DNA from: Bdellovibrionales bacterium
GTDB lineage: Bacteria; Bdellovibrionota; Bdellovibrionia; Bdellovibrionales; UBA1609
Reading direction: 5' to 3'
DNA length: 41,564 nt
Assembly (NCBI GenBank): GCA_050246815.1
Contig: JBFWVI010000028.1
Coordinates: 1 to 41,564 of the forward strand
Below, in pieces: positions 9,047-19,600 of this stretch (position 1 is its first letter; every line of letters starts with the position of its first letter). The notes beneath the pieces were generated by a model. That model had not been told where the DNA came from. It ran no database searches and saw only the letters and a program-made list of their open reading frames with translations. The translations under genes were made by a program, and so were the position numbers.

Positions 9047-10180
9047 ATGGGACCCGCCGCTTTTTTCTTTTTAAGTGCCCTGATTTTAGGCTTCAGCGGC
9101 TTGGGGGTGGGGTGCGCCAAAAAAGAGACTCAAGACCACCAAACCACTTTGGTGGAGCATGGCGACCCCCAGGTTTTTTTGCGCGGAGTGAAAGGGCAGG
9201 CCGAGGTCCAGGCCGAGGAGTTACAAGCTTTGAACGGCTGGTGGCTTTATCGCACCAATGTGATTCGAGCGCGCAGCACCAAGGCCGAACTTCTGCGTCA
9301 GCACAACACAACGCCTCAGAATCGGATTTGGCAAAAGGGCACGCGGGAATTTTATGCTTTGCAGTTTGTCTCGACGGACGATGCAAATGAAGTTCAATTG
9401 AAAGAAAAGAATGGCTTTCAGTTGCGTTTCGTCCGCGCCAGTAATAACCGCTATCGATTGATTCAATTCAACGGAGTGAGCGCAACGTTGATTCATTTCA
9501 GTCGTCATCACATTCGCGAGATGGCCAGCTTTCTGATTCAAACCGAAGACACTCGCGAGCTGCATGCGATTTATTTGGCGACAGCTAAAGAACGTGGCGC
9601 TGAGGAGAGTTTTGCAGGTTATAAGCCGGAAGCCCCTCACTATTTTCATCTGCCCAACAACGGGCGATGGCGCCAAGCGAATTTGCAACTGGATCTTTGT
9701 GGATTCCCAACGGAGCAAACAATCGAACTGGCCGTGCAGGCCATTCAGACTTGGCAAAAAGCTTTAACAGGGCGCATGAATATCCAAACTCAAATTCGCC
9801 GCAGCGGCTATCGGCCCTTTTCAGACTTGAACTCACATTGTCTTTATTGGGATAGCACCTATCAACCCAACCCGGCTAGTGACCAAATGAACTTAGGCAG
9901 GGCCCCAGTTCTCGAGGCGGATGGGCGGCAAACTTTGGTCGACGGCGACGCTTTTATCTATTCGGCTGAATTGGCCAAACAAAAAAGCGGCAACGCGGAG
10001 TTTGATCGTCAGGCGCAGATCAAACATCTGCGTTTTGCATTGACCCATGAAATTGGCCATATCTTGGGTCTGGATCACCAGCCACAAAGTGTACCGAGCG
10101 TAATGGCTTATCAGGGATGGCATGAACTACAGCCGATCGACATTGAAGCGATTCAAACGCTTTATCCGATCAGCCAATAA
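9047..10180 (+). CDS. Matrixin/metzincin zinc metalloprotease lipoprotein
   Basis: Lipobox LGVGC; HEIGHILGLDH zinc motif; Met-turn SVMAY; DIEAIQTLY C-terminus. Confidence 0.9.
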   Translation: MGPAAFFFLSALILGFSGLGVGCAKKETQDHQTTLVEHGDPQVFLRGVKGQAEVQAEELQALNGWWLYRTNVIRARSTKAELLRQHNTTPQNRIWQKGTREFYALQFVSTDDANEVQLKEKNGFQLRFVRASNNRYRLIQFNGVSATLIHFSRHHIREMASFLIQTEDTRELHAIYLATAKERGAEESFAGYKPEAPHYFHLPNNGRWRQANLQLDLCGFPTEQTIELAVQAIQTWQKALTGRMNIQTQIRRSGYRPFSDLNSHCLYWDSTYQPNPASDQMNLGRAPVLEADGRQTLVDGDAFIYSAELAKQKSGNAEFDRQAQIKHLRFALTHEIGHILGLDHQPQSVPSVMAYQGWHELQPIDIEAIQTLYPISQ

Positions 10181-10200
10181 GATGGCAAACAGTGCCGTTG

Positions 10201-10237
10201 GCCTGACACCTGAAGCCCGCAGCCCGACACCAGCTCT
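10201..10237 (+). repeat. Second degenerate heptamer array (RCCNGNN)x5
   Basis: GCCTGAC ACCTGAA GCCCGCA GCCCGAC ACCAGCT; shares CCTGAAGCCCG and trailing CAGCTCT with the array at 356-412. Confidence 0.65.
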
Positions 10238-10313
10238 TGCTGTAAAACGTTCATTTATGTCCAGGAACCAAACGCGCATTTTCGACGGTACCGCGCTTAA
10301 GCCTCTTTTAAAA

Positions 10314-10329
10314 CGGCACCTTCCTTGCT
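10314..10329 (+). promoter_or_regulatory. sigma54 (-24/-12) promoter
   Basis: CGGCAC-CTTCC-TTGCT with exact GG-N10-GC spacing, 12 nt before ATG 10342. Confidence 0.65.
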
Positions 10330-10341
10330 TTTCCAGGCGCC

Positions 10342-11160
10342 ATGGGAAAATGGTTCGGGTTGCTTCTTTTCTTCGTATCGCGATCCGTGACAGCTGAATC
10401 GGCTTTGCTGCTTTTTAAAGAAGGGCAGCCAGTTTCAAACTACACTCAAATTTTGGATCGTCTTGCCCAATCGGGCGGCAAAGTTCAATTTTCTGATGGT
10501 CGAAACGTCGCCCTGCTTCGGCAGTTGGGTGCGGGCGGGACCACGCGAGTTTTTTTGACCCGCGAAAATACAGCCTTGCGACTTGCGGCCAGCGAATCCA
10601 GCCACTTTCGTTTTTTGGCGGATTTTGCGGCTAAGCATGAAGAGTTGAGGACTGCGGGAATTGCGCTGCCAAAAGTTGTCAGTGTGGGCCCCCATTTTTC
10701 GTCCGGCATGGTCGAGTATGTGGAGGTCGAGCTGCTCAGGCCACAAGTGGCTTTGGCAAAATGGCTCAGCAAAGTTAAAAATAAAAAACTCAATAGGCCC
10801 TATTCTGAAAGCGACTTACCGGCTGAGGAGTGGCAGGCCTTGAAGGCTTTTGCCCGAACGACTTGGAAAGTTTCGTCCATTTTGGATTTGAATGCCGAAA
10901 ACGTGGTTTTAAGCGGCGGGCGATGGCTTTTACAAGATTTTGCCGGTCAGTACTCGTTGTATTCACCTCCCGAAGTCAGTCGAACGGTTTTTAGCGATCG
11001 ACGATGGCAGTGGCTGTCACATGAAGAATGGGAGATTGAAGACTTTGTTTTTGCGACCTTAGATGAGGCGGTACGAATAGAACGCGCCAAACAAGGTTTT
11101 TGTGAATCCTTCCTCGGCTGGAATTTGGGCTCGACCCCGGGCTTCCTGACCGAACGCTGA
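10342..11160 (+). CDS. Secreted protein-kinase-like fold protein
   Basis: Signal peptide; Gly-loop LGAGGTTRV; catalytic-loop-like DLNAENVV; LQDF at the DFG-like position. Confidence 0.65.
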   Translation: MGKWFGLLLFFVSRSVTAESALLLFKEGQPVSNYTQILDRLAQSGGKVQFSDGRNVALLRQLGAGGTTRVFLTRENTALRLAASESSHFRFLADFAAKHEELRTAGIALPKVVSVGPHFSSGMVEYVEVELLRPQVALAKWLSKVKNKKLNRPYSESDLPAEEWQALKAFARTTWKVSSILDLNAENVVLSGGRWLLQDFAGQYSLYSPPEVSRTVFSDRRWQWLSHEEWEIEDFVFATLDEAVRIERAKQGFCESFLGWNLGSTPGFLTER

Positions 11161-11237
11161 AGAAGCCACGACTCAACCCTGACAATTGCGGTTTATCTTT
11201 CATGGCATCCTTTGATCAAGGAAACCAAGGAGGGTTT

Positions 11238-12110
11238 ATGCAAAGCCTAGCCGCCGCCCGTCAGTGGATGAAAAGCGTTGTCGGATCACGCAATGATCGT
11301 TCACTTTATCTGCGCATCCGCGACTTTCAAGGTCGCATTCCCGTGCATTTTGAGACCGATGATTTTTTGGTGACCTCGGCCTTAAGCGGGCGCGAAATGC
11401 TGAAAGCGTTAGAGCTTCGCCACGAAATCTTTCTGCGTGAATGGCAGGGGCGTGAACACCACACAGGCCTTGATGTCGATGAGTATGACTTTATGGCGGA
11501 TCACCTGCTGATTTATGACAAGCGTCGCAATGACGTGGTGGGCACTTATCGGTTGCTTTGCAGCCACTTCACCCATGACTTTTATTCCAGCAGCGAATTT
11601 GATCTGCAAAGATTTTTGGTTCATCCAGGCGTGAAACTTGAGATGGGGCGAGCCTGCATTCATGCGAACTACCGTGACGGCAATACGATTGATTTGCTTT
11701 GGAAGGGGCTGGCCCGCTACATCGAAAAATCCAAAGCGCGTTATCTGTTTGGCTGTGCCAGCGTAAAAAGCAGTGACGCGGCTGTTGTCTCAGGTTTTGT
11801 CCGGGCGATCAGTCATCGCGGTGACTGGAGCGATGAGTATTTCATCCGCCCGCGCCCAGAGCATATTTTGACGGGTTATCAGACCGAAGGTGTGACGCCT
11901 TTAAGCACCTACAAAGAATTTTTGCCGCCCTTGCTGCGCAGCTACTTTCACGCCGGCGCTAAAGTTTATGGTGAACCGGCTTTGGATCAAGAGTTTGATT
12001 GCGTCGATTTACTGACAATTTTGGATGTGGAACAGCTGAACCCACGTTTTCGGGCGCGGTTCTTTTCACCTGAAACGGCAGGGTTCGTGGATTTAAGGAG
12101 CGTGAAATGA
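11238..12110 (+). CDS. olsB: GNAT N-acyltransferase, OlsB-like (ornithine/amino-lipid synthesis)
   Basis: AAGGAGG SD; LRHEIF, DVDEYD...DHLL, VGTYRL, EMGRAC...YR, LLWKGL and PPLLRSY...GAK motifs. Confidence 0.8.
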   Translation: MQSLAAARQWMKSVVGSRNDRSLYLRIRDFQGRIPVHFETDDFLVTSALSGREMLKALELRHEIFLREWQGREHHTGLDVDEYDFMADHLLIYDKRRNDVVGTYRLLCSHFTHDFYSSSEFDLQRFLVHPGVKLEMGRACIHANYRDGNTIDLLWKGLARYIEKSKARYLFGCASVKSSDAAVVSGFVRAISHRGDWSDEYFIRPRPEHILTGYQTEGVTPLSTYKEFLPPLLRSYFHAGAKVYGEPALDQEFDCVDLLTILDVEQLNPRFRARFFSPETAGFVDLRSVK

Positions 12111-12964
12111 AGCGGTTGAGACAAGCGGCAAAGGTCAGCGCGATTTTTTCGATGATGGCTGCATTTTCAGTCGAATCGAAAGCATTAGCGTGGCGGCGCC
12201 GCAGTCGCCATTCGCTTTGGCAAGAGCGAGCGCGCTTGGTTTCAAAATACTCAAAACGCGCCTTGAAGGTCTTGGGTGTCCGGGTGGACGGCTTTGGCGC
12301 AGGCCCTTCGTCACACAACGCTCTTTATGTGGGAAACCATCTTTCCTACCTGGATGTTTTGGTCATGGCGGCCCAAAAACCGACTTGCTTTGTGACCTCT
12401 GAAGAGGTGCGGCATATGCCGGGGCTTGGTGCTCTTTGCGAATTGGGAGCCTGTTTGTTCGTTGAGCGCCGCAGTCGGGCGCGCCTGGCTGCGGAAGTTC
12501 ACGAGATCAGCGCGGCTTTGCGAGCGGGCTTGAATGTCACCGTATTCCCTGAGTCCACCAGCACCAACGGTGAGGCTGTTTTACGTTTTCGCCGACCATT
12601 GTTTCAGGCGGCGCTGGATGCAGGCAAAGCGGTCGCGCCATTTTGCCTCAATTATCGCCGGTTGGATGGTCAAGCCGTGACCGCACACAATCGCGACGTC
12701 GTTTGTTGGTATGGTGACATGGGTTTTGTCACTCACCTATGGAAGTTGGCCTCTTGCGATCGGATTGAAGTGGATGTCTCTTGGCTTGAGCGGCAGCACG
12801 AACATTTGCAGGATTCATCGGCTAAAATCACAACCGAGGTTCTTGCTCATCGGGCGCACGCGGCGGTGACGCAAGCTTATCGGCCATTAGGTAGAGCGGC
12901 GCAGCCGCAGTCCCCTGAAAGTTCTTTGGAGACCTACCTGCCGATGATGGACAGCACGATATAA
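12107..12964 (+). CDS. olsA: PlsC-family acyltransferase, OlsA-like
   Basis: NHLSYLD (HX4D) and VFPESTSTNG motifs; ATGA overlap with the olsB-like gene. Confidence 0.75.
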   Translation: MKRLRQAAKVSAIFSMMAAFSVESKALAWRRRSRHSLWQERARLVSKYSKRALKVLGVRVDGFGAGPSSHNALYVGNHLSYLDVLVMAAQKPTCFVTSEEVRHMPGLGALCELGACLFVERRSRARLAAEVHEISAALRAGLNVTVFPESTSTNGEAVLRFRRPLFQAALDAGKAVAPFCLNYRRLDGQAVTAHNRDVVCWYGDMGFVTHLWKLASCDRIEVDVSWLERQHEHLQDSSAKITTEVLAHRAHAAVTQAYRPLGRAAQPQSPESSLETYLPMMDSTI

Positions 12965-12996
12965 AAAACCACTGGCCCGGGATCAAGGCCAGTGGT
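12963..12996 (-). terminator. Rho-independent terminator of hsp20
   Basis: 10-bp stem ACCACTGGCC/GGCCAGTGGT with a 9-nt loop, followed by a T-tract on the minus strand. Confidence 0.8.
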
Positions 12997-13011
12997 CCGA
13001 TCGAGATAGGA

Positions 13012-13536
13012 CTAATGCTGGTCGTCTTTTTCTGGCGCTTCAGCTTTTTTCTCGCTGACAGCGTTAATCAGTTTCGAAAACAAACCTTTGCGCTCGCCTT
13101 CGATATTGATGCTCTTGGCCTTGGCCTGGTGGGGTTTGGGGATCAAGATTTCCAGGACGCCGTCTTCCATGCGCGCCTGTATTGTTTCCTCGTTGATTCC
13201 TTGCGGCAGCTGAAAACTGCGCTCAAAACGGCCAAAGACCCTTTCGCGTCGATGCACTTGTGGTTCATTGACGACCTTTTCCTCTGCGCGTTCGCCTGTG
13301 ATGGTCAAACGACCCTGATGAAAGTCAATCCTCACTTGGTCTTTATTTATACCGGGAAGATCGGCCGCTACAAGATAGTGGTCTTTCGTTTCTTTGACAT
13401 CAATTCGGGGTTGGAAAACCGCCGTTTCCGGTGCAATCGCACGGCTGGGCGCCCAGGCATCATCGAAGATTCTTTCGACTTCACTCATAAAATCCCAAAC
13501 CGACTGTTGCGGGCGGCTTTGTGACAGTTGTTTCAT
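13012..13536 (-). CDS. Hsp20/alpha-crystallin small heat-shock protein
   Basis: PRIDVKET, DLPG, ERVFGRFERSFQLP and DGVLEILIPK motifs; AAGGAGG SD. Confidence 0.95.
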   Translation of the reverse strand: MKQLSQSRPQQSVWDFMSEVERIFDDAWAPSRAIAPETAVFQPRIDVKETKDHYLVAADLPGINKDQVRIDFHQGRLTITGERAEEKVVNEPQVHRRERVFGRFERSFQLPQGINEETIQARMEDGVLEILIPKPHQAKAKSINIEGERKGLFSKLINAVSEKKAEAPEKDDQH

Positions 13537-13669
13537 AAAAATGTTCCTCCTTGTTCACCTTATTGGTGGCGCTACAAAGTAATTTTGTGTTCGTTTCGGG
13601 CCTCGTCAAGTCTGGCCCATTATTTTTTAACTTAAATAATTGATTCAACAGCAAAAATTCTGATCGTGA

Positions 13670-14632
13670 TCACGGAAATTCAAGGCGCAGGTGTTTGATT
13701 AAAGTCTGATTGAGTTTGGCCGGGTCTTGAATCAAATCGGGACTGTGTTTGAAATGGTCGGTACTCTCGACAAACGCGGCCAATGTCGCATTGATGATTT
13801 TTTGTATAAGCAGGCCAAATCTTATCGGCTTGGGTTTGCGTTTATTTTTTTGAAAGACTTCGCGCCATACCCATAACTTTGCAGGCAAGCTGGAGTCATA
13901 TTCAGATCCTTTAAGCTTTTCAAGATCCAGATTTTGGTCGTCGTGGCTGAAGCGGCGATAGTGCAGGCGCGGGTCTTCATCGCCGAATGAAACGGATTTG
14001 TAAATCGTGTCAGCGTCATCCGCAAAAAGAGTCGGGATCACGTCACTCAGGAATTCATTGAAGGGAAGGGCGGTTGTGGTCATTTCAAGAAAGTGGGCCG
14101 CGATCTTTTTTGCCGACATCTTTTGATAAGGCGTGCGGCCTTTTGTTCGCTCGATAAAATCCAGACTGGCCTGCGCATAAAGATCGTCCGCACGGGTGTA
14201 AAATGCCCAAATCATTTGCGGCGCGGTATTGAAGAAATGATGGTGAATGTATGTCTCTAGAATCTGATGCGACAATTCATGCAGAGCGATGGGTAAAGAC
14301 GCTTGGGCTGTTTTGCGCACTATTTTTCCGCTTGCGGGTGATTCTTTATAAAACGGAAATTTGATATAGATGGTGCCATCATCGTAGGCCGGGCCCTTGT
14401 AGGGATGGTTGAATACAGTGATTTGATGGGGCAGCGGTAAATCAGCACGCAACGCCAGCAGCAGTCGTTCAATTTCTGTTTTGAGCACTTTCTGGTCGGC
14501 GACCTTATTCACGTGAAGAAAAAGAATTTGCGGGGCGGCCATAAGGGGGACCTCGCATTCTTTCGTCGCAGGCGAGGCCAGTGCAGTCGTCGAAAGCCAG
14601 CCATACAATAAGAACGCGGCTTTAAGCCTCAC
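13670..14632 (-). CDS. Secreted HEXXH zinc metallopeptidase, gluzincin (M4/M36-like)
   Basis: Signal peptide; LHELSH plus downstream NEFLSD (compare thermolysin NEAFSD); GTG start overlapping the aguB end. Confidence 0.7.
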   Translation of the reverse strand: MRLKAAFLLYGWLSTTALASPATKECEVPLMAAPQILFLHVNKVADQKVLKTEIERLLLALRADLPLPHQITVFNHPYKGPAYDDGTIYIKFPFYKESPASGKIVRKTAQASLPIALHELSHQILETYIHHHFFNTAPQMIWAFYTRADDLYAQASLDFIERTKGRTPYQKMSAKKIAAHFLEMTTTALPFNEFLSDVIPTLFADDADTIYKSVSFGDEDPRLHYRRFSHDDQNLDLEKLKGSEYDSSLPAKLWVWREVFQKNKRKPKPIRFGLLIQKIINATLAAFVESTDHFKHSPDLIQDPAKLNQTLIKHLRLEFP

Positions 14633-15470
14633 TCAGGATTCCATAAAGATTCGGGCGGCGATCACGGAAGAAGCCAAACGAGGCGCGGTTTTTGCGCACC
14701 AAATCCAAATCGAAGGTCGAGTGCACCAAACCTTGTTCGTTACGCCCCAGCTCAGAGACGATTTGGCCGCGGTGGTTGGCGACAAAAGAGTGGCCGTAAA
14801 AAATTTGCCCCGACTCATTGCCGATACGGTTGGCAGCCAGGACCGGAACAACGTTTGAAACGGCATGGCCGATCATGGCTTTTTGCCATAAATCCTTGGT
14901 GTCCAGCGAGGTGTCCTCGGGCTCGGAGCCAATGGCGGTCGGATACAAAAGAATGTCGGCGCCAAGCAACATCATCGCTCTTGCACATTCGGGGTACCAT
15001 TGATCCCAGCAGATGCCGATACCCAAGTTGCCGAACGCCGTGGGCCAGGTTTTGAATCCTGTGTTGCCGGGGCGAAAGTAAAATTTTTCTTCGTAACCAG
15101 GGCCGTCGGGAATGTGCGACTTGCGGTAAAGCCCCATGGTGGTGCCGTCGGTGTTCACCACGGTCAGACTGTTGTAGTAGTGATTGTTGTCGCGTTCAAA
15201 AAACGAAACCGGAATCACCACATTCAAGGCTTTGGCCATTTTTTGGAAATGTTTGATGGTTGGGTGCCCTTCAAACGGTTTGGCTAGGGCAAAGAATTCA
15301 TCTTTTTCAACCCGGCAAAAGTATTCGGCTTCAAAAAGTTCGGGCGGCAGAATCACTTGGGCGCCGACTTTTTTTGCCTCTTCGACATAATGACTGATTT
15401 TTTCGACGTTGGCTTTTTCGTCCATGGTGAAAGAGGCTTGGATGCCGGCGACATGAATGGTCTGGCTCAT
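14622..15470 (-). CDS. aguB: N-carbamoylputrescine amidase
   Basis: Nitrilase triad E/K/C: PPELF, YRKSHIPDGPGYEEKFYF, ICWDQWYPE; YPTAIGSEP. Confidence 0.95.
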   Translation of the reverse strand: MSQTIHVAGIQASFTMDEKANVEKISHYVEEAKKVGAQVILPPELFEAEYFCRVEKDEFFALAKPFEGHPTIKHFQKMAKALNVVIPVSFFERDNNHYYNSLTVVNTDGTTMGLYRKSHIPDGPGYEEKFYFRPGNTGFKTWPTAFGNLGIGICWDQWYPECARAMMLLGADILLYPTAIGSEPEDTSLDTKDLWQKAMIGHAVSNVVPVLAANRIGNESGQIFYGHSFVANHRGQIVSELGRNEQGLVHSTFDLDLVRKNRASFGFFRDRRPNLYGILSEA

Positions 15471-16492
15471 AAACTGACTCGCTTTGGAATTTGTTGGGTG
15501 ATGCAGTGAAAGGCGCCGCCGCCACTCAAAATCGAACGCGCTGAAAAACCGAATACTTTGTATTCAGGGAAAATACTTTTCAAGGCTTGAAGCGCGAAGA
15601 GGTCCTGCGGACTTCCGTAGGTCGGCACGATCACGGCGCCATTGCTGATGACAAAATTCATGTAACTTGCGGGCATCAGCTGGCCATCTTTGTCGAGAAC
15701 CTCGCCCGCAGACGGAACCGTGTAAACCTTGAGAGGTTCACCCTTGACGCCGCTCATTTCGCGTAGGTCGTGATGCATTTGCAGTAAAATTTCGCGATTG
15801 GGATCTTGTTGGCCCGCCGGCGCCATCACCACCACCTCGTTGTCACGCACGAAGCGCGCCATGGTGTCGATGTGGCCGTCGGTGTGGTCGTTCAACAAGC
15901 CGTCGCCCAGCCACAGGATTTTTTTAACGTTCAAGGCGCCTTTTAATTTTTCTTCGATGTCACTTTGATTCAGGCGTGGATTGCGATTGGGGTTGAGCAA
16001 ACATTGGCGTGACGTCAAAAGAAGGCCGGTGCCGTCGACTTCGATCGAGCCACCCTCAAGAACCCAATCATATTTTTGCGTGTCGCCGGGGCTGTGCTCG
16101 CAAACCAAATCGCCGATGTGCTCATCGCCTTCGAGCAAGTATTTACCGCCCCAACCATTGAAGCGAAAGCGGGCTTTTTGCAGATGATTTTGCTGATTCA
16201 TCAGAAACAGCGGCAAAGTGTCACGAAACCAGATCTCTCCATAAGGCATTAAATGAAAGCGCACGTCCAGGCCATCTAAGGCGGTTTTGGCTTCCTTCAT
16301 TCGGTATTCATTTAAGCAGGCCAATTCGATGCGGGTGCCGACGCGGTTCAGGGCCCGGCAAAGGGCTGTAAATTCATCTTGGGTGGGCTGTAAGTTCTCT
16401 TGCCAGAGGTCCTCATGGGACGGCCAGGCCATCCACATCGATTCTTGAGGAAACCACTCTGGGGGCATCGTATATTTGATCTGAGCATTCAT
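15467..16492 (-). CDS. aguA: Agmatine deiminase
   Basis: MPPEW..Q...WMAWP, FNGWGGKY, LEGGSIEVDG, DHTDGHID, ASYMNF and GGGAFHCITQQ motifs; ATG 16492. Confidence 0.95.
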   Translation of the reverse strand: MNAQIKYTMPPEWFPQESMWMAWPSHEDLWQENLQPTQDEFTALCRALNRVGTRIELACLNEYRMKEAKTALDGLDVRFHLMPYGEIWFRDTLPLFLMNQQNHLQKARFRFNGWGGKYLLEGDEHIGDLVCEHSPGDTQKYDWVLEGGSIEVDGTGLLLTSRQCLLNPNRNPRLNQSDIEEKLKGALNVKKILWLGDGLLNDHTDGHIDTMARFVRDNEVVVMAPAGQQDPNREILLQMHHDLREMSGVKGEPLKVYTVPSAGEVLDKDGQLMPASYMNFVISNGAVIVPTYGSPQDLFALQALKSIFPEYKVFGFSARSILSGGGAFHCITQQIPKRVSL

Positions 16493-16500
16493 GCCGCACA

Positions 16501-16529
16501 ACAGTACAGTTTGAGCGGATCTGGCGCAA
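16501..16529 (-). promoter_or_regulatory. Putative sigma70 promoter of aguA, leaderless-type
   Basis: TTGCGC-N17-TACTGT, 8 nt before the ATG, no SD. Confidence 0.5.
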
Positions 16530-16656
16530 ACAATTTGCGTCACCACCGTATAGGGCCTACAGGGTGGCTCCGTGTAAGACTTTCAAGAGCTTGAAATAAT
16601 GCAAAGCACCGCGTAAATTCTCAAATAATCACAGACTCTTAGGGTAGGGATGCAAA

Positions 16657-19600
16657 TTGAATAAGCAAATAAAATTTGATTGGCTTCAAAGTAAAGATCT
16701 TCGTCGACTCGTCGCAGTTTTAGTTGCGACAGCCATCGCCACGCAATCTGTCCTCACAATTGCAGCGCCAACACCTTATCGCCAGCAAGTGGATCATTTT
16801 TTAGGCGCCTTAAAGGCGGATTCCGTTTGGGATCAGCGGACGGGGGATGAGCCGGGTGAAATTTCACGCCGCTGGGCCGAAGCTTTGCAAAAGCATCAAG
16901 ATCAAATGTTCGCCAACGGCTTAAGCGATATCGAGCGGGCTGACCACTTTGACCTTTGGATTGAGAGTTTAAGAAACAATGCTTTCTTTGGGCAATCCGC
17001 CAACCCTGAAGCCAAGTACTACGCAAACCACCCCCTGGATGTTTATGGTTTGCTGGGACAAACGGTTCACACGAAGGCCGTGGAAACTCGTTTTTCAAAA
17101 CTGAAGCGTGTCATTTCGCCTGTGACCAAAACAGTGAAAGCCGCCGCCGCTGTCACCAATCGCGCCATGAAAGGTGTGGGCGAGGCAGTTGCGTCGATGA
17201 TGTTGGGCGGGGCCGCACTGTCGGCTTCTGTGGACGAGGCCCGCGGCGTGACCGAAAAAGATGAGCCACAAGTGCGCCATCGCCCCTACTTTGACGCCAT
17301 CAACTTGAAGCGTTTAGGCATTCAGGTGGTGGATTCCGAGGGCCGCGTGGTGCGAGTTTTGAACCCGGTCGGTGCTGATTTAAGCCGTGTTTTTGCGGCC
17401 GGTGCGGGTGAAGGCGAGACCAGCTATCACATTTCACAAGGTGCGGGGAAAGGTCCCTTCACATTCCGCTTGGCCTACCAAGGCCAAGTGTTGAACGAAT
17501 TCCAAAACAACGTGACGGCTGTCACCGCCTTTGATCGGTATTTGGTGTTTATCGAGCCCGGTAAAACCAATCGTGAGCAAGGCATTGTGAACTTGAGTTT
17601 TGTTGATTTGGAGTTCTTTAACTCGGCCGTTGGTCGCACCGTACTGCCGATTTTCCGTTTGCCCGTGAAAGTGGGCCATGACGGGGTGGCGAATGTCGAG
17701 AAGTTGATTCTTGAAGCCACTTCAAAGGGCCTTCGGGTCGAGGATAAGTTCGTGACTGAAGAGGTGTTCGAGTTCTTCAGTCAGATGCAACAGATGGCGT
17801 TCAACACCACGGTGTCCTTAGTTGATGATAATTTTTATGCCTCGACATCCAAGCTTTTGGGCTCTTTGCTTGAGCAGTTCAATCAGTCCTTGGATCAGAC
17901 CGCCCAAGACTTGAATCAACAAATGGAGCGCGCCGGCGTTACGTTTGATTTGTACCGCCAATTCCGCAACGATTTAAACACTCAGTTGAAATTGCGCAGT
18001 GAAGTGAAGCCCGCCGGTAAAACGGCTCGTGAAATTGAACGCACCCATGGTCGTTTGGCCGTGGAAGCGGTTCGAAAGTTCGATCAAGAAGTGGGTATCA
18101 CCAGCAACTCTGAACAGGCTTTGGAAATGTTGACCCAGGATCGCGTCGCCCGCGCCGAGAACATGGCGAACGCCATTTCAAAAGACGTCAAAGGTCATTT
18201 GCAAAAAGTGCAGCGTTTTGGTGAGCAGCTGGCGGCGGATCAGGCTTTTCAAAAAACCATGCAGGGCTATGGTCAGGCGATTTCCGCAACTCGCAAGCTG
18301 AGTAACCGTGTAAATGCGTTTTGGGCGCGAATGGTCATGCCGCAACCCTTGGGAGCGCCGAAGGTGCAGCAAGCTTTGGGTTTGGTCGCGGCAGGTGTGA
18401 CATCGAAAGATGCCTGGTCTGCGGGCGCCAAACAAATGTGCGCCATCACCAAAGAGGGTTTGGCTGAATTGGTAGCCAACCGTCGCTCACGCATGGCTTT
18501 AGAGGTGTTGACGGGAGCGGCCCTTTGTTCTTTGTATCCAGCGGAAACGGCACAGTTCGCCTATCATTCCCTGGACGTGGCTCGAAATATGAGCACCGCC
18601 TTTTTGGGGTGGGTCGACAACTGGGGTCACATCACGCAAACGGCTTGGAAGGCTTCGTGGTCGTGGCTGGACATGGGTTTGATTTACGAAACTTATTTCG
18701 CCAAGGATCGTTTTCATAAATTGGCGGTCGGCGTCGGCGCCCTTTACGGGACGTTGCTGGCAACAGCCGGAATGTCACATGTGGTGGTGAACGGCTATCG
18801 CTACGGTAAAACCATGGGCAAAATCGATTGGCCGACTTATCGTCGTGAGGGCCAGGGCTTCATGAGCCACCTGAAAGCGGCCTGGAAAATGGCCAAAGAA
18901 TCCGGTAGCGCCGTGAAACAATCTTTCGTTGGTTACGTGAACCAGGACCGCAGAAGTTATTATGCGGCTTTGGCTCGAGCAGATAAAAAACGTCGTGGCC
19001 AGGATTTGCGTTTCGTTACGCCGGAAGGCAAGGACTTCAGGGGCTTGTTCCGCACCGGTCAAATCAATGATTTAAAGGTCATCAGCGATGCTGAACGCAA
19101 TGGCGAAAAGTATGACATTGCAATCGCGCTTCCCGATGGACGCGAGTTGAAAGGGCGCGCAGTTGTGGGCACTCAAGTCCCGGGCCGAGTGTTCATGGAA
19201 ATGGACATGCCTGACGGTACTAAGGTCAGCCGAGTGATCGAACCCGTTGAAGGCGACTGGAATCTGATCGGTGATGACACGGCCACGGTGGATGGAACCG
19301 TGGCGGAATTTAAATTGCAAGAGAAGTCCCTGGTCGGTGCGATGCAAAACACCGAGTGGACCGATGAAGAAGAAAAAATGCTGGCAACCTTAATGGAAGA
19401 AATCGAACGCAAAGACCAGCTTGCGGCAAAACGCTTGAACACGCTCGCGAGCTTGCCGTTCTACGCTTTGGGAGTGCCAGCCCAGATCAATCTAAAAAAT
19501 GGTTCTGACAAAGACATTGAAACTTTAGGTAAGGCGATCCGCCACTTCTTGGTCGGCTACTCGTCTTGGACTCACACCACCCGGTTTTTCGGGAAACTGT

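Noticed and set aside
13015..13524. Long antisense ORFs (also 5518-6123, 9221-9757, 33053-33793)
   Set aside because: They are shadows of well-supported genes on the opposite strand, with no motifs or SD.
13537..13669. CIRCE or sigma32 heat-shock element upstream of hsp20
   Set aside because: No TTAGCACTC-N9-GAGTGCTAA and no convincing CCCCAT -10; only a TTGACG hexamer.
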